Source: an uncultured Vicinamibacteraceae bacterium
GTDB taxonomy: Bacteria; Acidobacteriota; Vicinamibacteria; Vicinamibacterales; Vicinamibacteraceae
Assembly (NCBI GenBank): GCA_964388335.1
Contig: CAYMAG010000013.1
Location: forward strand, 22,735 to 78,978
DNA: 56,244 nucleotides
Reading direction: 5' to 3'
The notes beneath the pieces are model-generated. The model saw only the letters and a program-made list of their open reading frames with translations. It did no database searches and was not told the DNA's origin. The position numbers were made by a program, and so were the translations under genes. Position 1 is the first letter of the stretch; each line of letters starts with the position of its first letter. Of the stretch, positions 52,839 through 56,244 are shown one piece after another.

Positions 52839-53546
52839 ATGCGAATCGAAGTGCTGGATGATGCCGAGGCCGTCGCGCGCATGGCGGCGGCCGTCATCGC
52901 CGAGGATTGCCGCGCCGCCGTCCGCTCGCGGGGCCGCTTCGTCGCGGCCATCAGCGGCGGACGCACGCCGTGGCAGATGCTCCGGGTACTGGCGGACGAG
53001 GACGTCCCATGGGCCCACGTCCACGTGGCGCAGGTGGATGAGCGTCTGGCTCCCGCCGGGCACGCCGATCGGAACCTCACGCACCTGCGGGAGAGCCTGC
53101 GTCGCGCGCCGATCGCCGCCGGGCGGATTCTCGCGATGCCGGTGGAGGCGCCTGACCTGGAGGCCGCTGCCGGACGCTACGCGGCTGGGCTGGCGACGGT
53201 CGCCGGGTCACCGCCGCTGCTCGACCTCGTCCACCTGGGTCTCGGCACTGACGGTCACACGGCCTCACTGGTGCCCGGCAGCCCTGTCCTCGACGTCACC
53301 ACCGCCGATGTGGCGCTGACCGGCGAGTACCAGGGCCGGAGGCGGATGACGCTCACCTACCCGATACTCAATCGCGCCAGGCGCGTCCTGTGGGTCGTGA
53401 CGGGGCGCGACAAGGCTGAACCGCTCGCCCGGCTGTTGAATGGCGATGTCTCGATTCCGGCCGGCCGGGTGCGTCAGGACCTGGCGCTGGTGCTCGCCGA
53501 TCGCGCGGCCGCGGGCAGCCTCGACACGTTCGCGACGAAGAGGTGA
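52839..53546 (+). CDS. pgl: 6-phosphogluconolactonase
   Basis: AISGGRTP... and HLGLGTDGHTASL are Pgl/NagB-family signatures. Confidence 0.7.
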   Translation: MRIEVLDDAEAVARMAAAVIAEDCRAAVRSRGRFVAAISGGRTPWQMLRVLADEDVPWAHVHVAQVDERLAPAGHADRNLTHLRESLRRAPIAAGRILAMPVEAPDLEAAAGRYAAGLATVAGSPPLLDLVHLGLGTDGHTASLVPGSPVLDVTTADVALTGEYQGRRRMTLTYPILNRARRVLWVVTGRDKAEPLARLLNGDVSIPAGRVRQDLALVLADRAAAGSLDTFATKR

Positions 53547-53589
53547 AGAAGTTTGGCGCTACACTCGGCTCACCCCGAGAGGACTGGAG

Positions 53590-56046
53590 ATGCCGAGACC
53601 ATTGCCGACGCCCTACACCGTTGCCTTCGCGTTCGTCCTCGTGCATGCGCTGCCGCAGATCCTGTCTGCGCAATCGTCGGGCGGCTACCTCACGCCACCG
53701 CAGGCGATCGTCGACATCATGGACGCGGTGCCGCTGCCAACCGTCGTCGTGAGCCCGTCGCGCGACGTCCTCGCGCTCGTGCATCGCCCCGGCATGCCGC
53801 CCATCGCCGAGGTCGCGCAGCCCATGCTGCGAATCGCCGGCATGCGCATCAACCCGCGCAACAACGGTCCGCATCGCACGTCGGGTGCCACCGGCATCAC
53901 GTTGCGCACCGTGGCGACGGGTGCCGAGCGGACGGTGCCCGTCCCGGCCGACGCGCGCATCGGCGCGGTGACCTTCTCGCCCGACGGCCGGTACCTCGCC
54001 TTCACCAACGCGCGCGACGCCGCCATCGATCTGCACCTCGTCGACGTCGTCTCGGGACAGGCGCGCCAGGTGACGGGCGCCGCGGTCAACGAGGTGAGCA
54101 TCGGCTGCGAGTGGCTCGACGACAGCTCGGCGCTGCTGTGCGGCCTCGTGCCAGGGTCGCGCGGGTCCGCGCCAGTGGACCCCGGCGTGCCCGCCGGCCC
54201 CAACATCCAGGAGAACCAGGGCCGCAGCGGCGCCATCCGCACCTATCAGGACATGCTCTCGAGCGCGCACGACGAGGCGCTGTACGAGCACTACATGCAG
54301 ACGCAACTCGCGTTCGTGGACGCCGCCAGCGGCGCGCGTACGGACGTGGGCACGGCCGGCATGATCGACAGCGCGAGCGCGTCGCCCGATGGCCGCTTCG
54401 TCCTGGTGTCGCGCGTCAAGCGACCGTTCTCGCGCCTGTTGCCCGCGTACCGCTTTCCGCACGACGTCGAGGTGTGGAACCGCGCCGGTACTCTCGTTCG
54501 CACGGTGGCCGACGTCCCCATGGGCGACACCATCCCGATCAACGGCGTCGTCACGGGGCCGCGCTCCCATCGCTGGGTGCCGGTGGAATCGGCAACGCTC
54601 GTGTGGGCAGAGGCGCTCGACGAGGGCGACCTGAAGAACGACGTGCCGCACCGCGATCGCCTGCTGACGCTCGCCGCGCCGTTCACTGGCCAGCCAGTAC
54701 AGGTCGCGCAGACCGAGTACCGCTACGGCGGCGCGAGCTGGACCGACACGGGCACCATCCTCCTGACCGAGAACGACCGCGAGACACGGATGACGCGTAC
54801 GTGGGTGCTGACGCGTGCGTGGGACGATCCCCGGAAGCTCTGGGACCGCAGGCAGCAGGATCGCTACGGCGACCCCGGACGCCCCGTGATGCGGCCGGGC
54901 CGCGGCACCATCCTGCAGGCCGGCGATGCCATCTACCTGACGGGCAACGGCGCGTCGCCTGAAGGTGACCGGCCCTTCCTCGATCGGCTCGACCTGAAGA
55001 CCTTCGCGACCGAGCGCCTGTTCCACTCGGGCGCGGACAGCTACGAATCGATCGTGGCGCTGCTTGCCGACGATGCGAGCCGCGTGATGACGTCGTACGA
55101 GACGCGCACGGCGCCGCCGAACTACTACGTCCGGACGCTTCCGGGCGGCGAGCGCCAGGCCGTCACCACGTTCGCGGATCCGCATCCGCAGATCACCAGG
55201 GCGATGACGGATCGGATGTTCGTCACCTATCAGCGCAAGGACGGCGTCGGGCTGAGTGGCACGCTCTACCTGCCGGCTGGCTACCGGCAGGGCCAGCGCG
55301 TGCCGATGCTCGTGTGGGCCTACCCGCAGGAGTTCGTGGACGCCGACGCCGCCAGCCAGGTCATCGGCTCGCCGCACCGCTTCACGTTCGTGCGCGGGGC
55401 CTCGCACCTGCTGCTGCTCGCGCACGGCTACGCCGTCTTCGATGGCCCGACGATGCCCATCGTTGGACCGGGTGAGAGCGCAAACGACACATACGTCGAG
55501 CAACTCGTCGCCAGCGCGCAGGCGGCGGTCGACAAGGCTGTCGAACTCGGGATCACCGACAGGCACCGTGTCGGCGTCGGCGGACACAGCTACGGCGCTT
55601 TCATGACGGCGAACCTGCTGGCGCACTCGGACATCTTCGTCGCGGGCGTTGCCCGCAGCGGCGCCTACAACCGCACGCTGACGCCGTTCGGCTTCCAGGC
55701 CGAGGCCCGCACGTATTGGGAGGTGCCGGAGGTTTACCTGAAGATGTCGCCGTTCAACGCCGCACACCGGATCAACGAGCCGATTCTGCTCATCCACGGC
55801 GAGGCCGACAACAACTCGGGGACGTTCCCCATGCAATCCGAGCGGATGTACATGGCCCTCAAGGGCCACGGGGCGACCGTGCGGTACGTGACGCTGCCGG
55901 CCGAATCGCACGGCTACGCGGCGCGTGAATCGAACCTGCATGTGGTGGCCGAGACGGTCGCCTGGCTCGACCGGTACGTGAAGGACGCCGTGTCCACGGA
56001 CAGCAGCGGGGAGGCTCGCAACGATGCACAGCGCCTGGGCCACTGA
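53590..56046 (+). CDS. S9-family serine peptidase (prolyl oligopeptidase/acylaminoacyl-peptidase-like) with N-terminal beta-propeller and signal peptide
   Basis: Signal MPRPLPTPYTVAFAFVLVHALPQILSAQS with a GAGAGGA RBS. Catalytic region GVGGHSYGAFM (GxSxG), ...LLIHGEADNN... and ...ESHGY. Confidence 0.8.
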   Translation: MPRPLPTPYTVAFAFVLVHALPQILSAQSSGGYLTPPQAIVDIMDAVPLPTVVVSPSRDVLALVHRPGMPPIAEVAQPMLRIAGMRINPRNNGPHRTSGATGITLRTVATGAERTVPVPADARIGAVTFSPDGRYLAFTNARDAAIDLHLVDVVSGQARQVTGAAVNEVSIGCEWLDDSSALLCGLVPGSRGSAPVDPGVPAGPNIQENQGRSGAIRTYQDMLSSAHDEALYEHYMQTQLAFVDAASGARTDVGTAGMIDSASASPDGRFVLVSRVKRPFSRLLPAYRFPHDVEVWNRAGTLVRTVADVPMGDTIPINGVVTGPRSHRWVPVESATLVWAEALDEGDLKNDVPHRDRLLTLAAPFTGQPVQVAQTEYRYGGASWTDTGTILLTENDRETRMTRTWVLTRAWDDPRKLWDRRQQDRYGDPGRPVMRPGRGTILQAGDAIYLTGNGASPEGDRPFLDRLDLKTFATERLFHSGADSYESIVALLADDASRVMTSYETRTAPPNYYVRTLPGGERQAVTTFADPHPQITRAMTDRMFVTYQRKDGVGLSGTLYLPAGYRQGQRVPMLVWAYPQEFVDADAASQVIGSPHRFTFVRGASHLLLLAHGYAVFDGPTMPIVGPGESANDTYVEQLVASAQAAVDKAVELGITDRHRVGVGGHSYGAFMTANLLAHSDIFVAGVARSGAYNRTLTPFGFQAEARTYWEVPEVYLKMSPFNAAHRINEPILLIHGEADNNSGTFPMQSERMYMALKGHGATVRYVTLPAESHGYAARESNLHVVAETVAWLDRYVKDAVSTDSSGEARNDAQRLGH

Positions 56047-56244
56047 CCTTCGCCTTGCCATTCGCCAGCTCTGGAAGAAGCCGGCGTTCACCTGCGTCGC
56101 CGCCGGCACGCTGGCGCTCGGAATCGGCGCGGCCACCGCGTTGTTCAGCGTCGTCCATGGCGTGCTGATCAGCCCGTACCCCTATGCGAATCCGGACGGG
56201 ATCTGGACGCCCGGGATCAGTGCCGCCAGCGGCGCACAGCGGCT
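56013..56244 (+). CDS. ADOP-family permease, 5' partial (runs off the window end)
   Basis: MHSAWATDLRLAIRQLWKKPAFTCVAAGTLALGIGAATALFSVVHGVLISPYPYANPDG matches the short-N-terminus ADOP start seen in ADOP5. Overlaps the peptidase 3' end by 34 nt in another frame. Confidence 0.6.

Noticed and set aside
1-56244. CRISPR arrays, integrase/transposase genes, rRNA
   Set aside because: Searched by eye for regularly spaced direct repeats, DDE/tyrosine-recombinase motifs and rRNA-like conserved blocks, and none were found. The only repeat arrays are the 105-bp simple repeat at 9246-9350 and short direct repeats, which lack CRISPR spacer-repeat periodicity.

Overview
A 56 kb, ~68-70% GC bacterial chromosomal segment. 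It is densely coding on both strands, and no rRNA, complete tRNA, CRISPR array, integrase or transposase was seen. The lineage call is inference: five complete and one partial ~800-900 aa 'orphan' MacB/FtsX-type permeases of the ADOP family, three of them translationally coupled to small PadR-family regulators, point to Acidobacteria. The spaces between the ADOP/PadR modules hold many small two-gene toxin-antitoxin-like modules (ParDE, BrnTA, VapBC, a Xre-DUF2384 protein with a truncated RES toxin, and two paralogous small-gene + minimal-nucleotidyltransferase pairs) plus a VapC 3' fragment. Housekeeping and accessory genes are also present: Mug glycosylase, a GntR(YtrA)-SPFH operon, a TonB-dependent receptor operon, tandem-OsmC protein, two convergent disulfide oxidoreductase paralogs, a TAT-secreted enolase-superfamily enzyme, modABC with a divergent HTH-PBP regulator, a GcvT-like + two CrtI-like flavoprotein operon, pgl and an S9 peptidase. 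Notable non-coding signals: the ADOP loci carry clear recombination scars (an ADOP C-terminal remnant, a duplicated padR promoter fused to an ADOP fragment, and a padR-less ADOP driven by a padR-type promoter). There are also several strong palindromes at promoters, a 105 bp simple-repeat tract, a REP-like hairpin element present twice, and a tRNA-Cys 3' fragment inside an 850 bp structured intergenic region. Many long arginine-rich ORFs in the six-frame track are antisense artefacts of the high GC content and were rejected.
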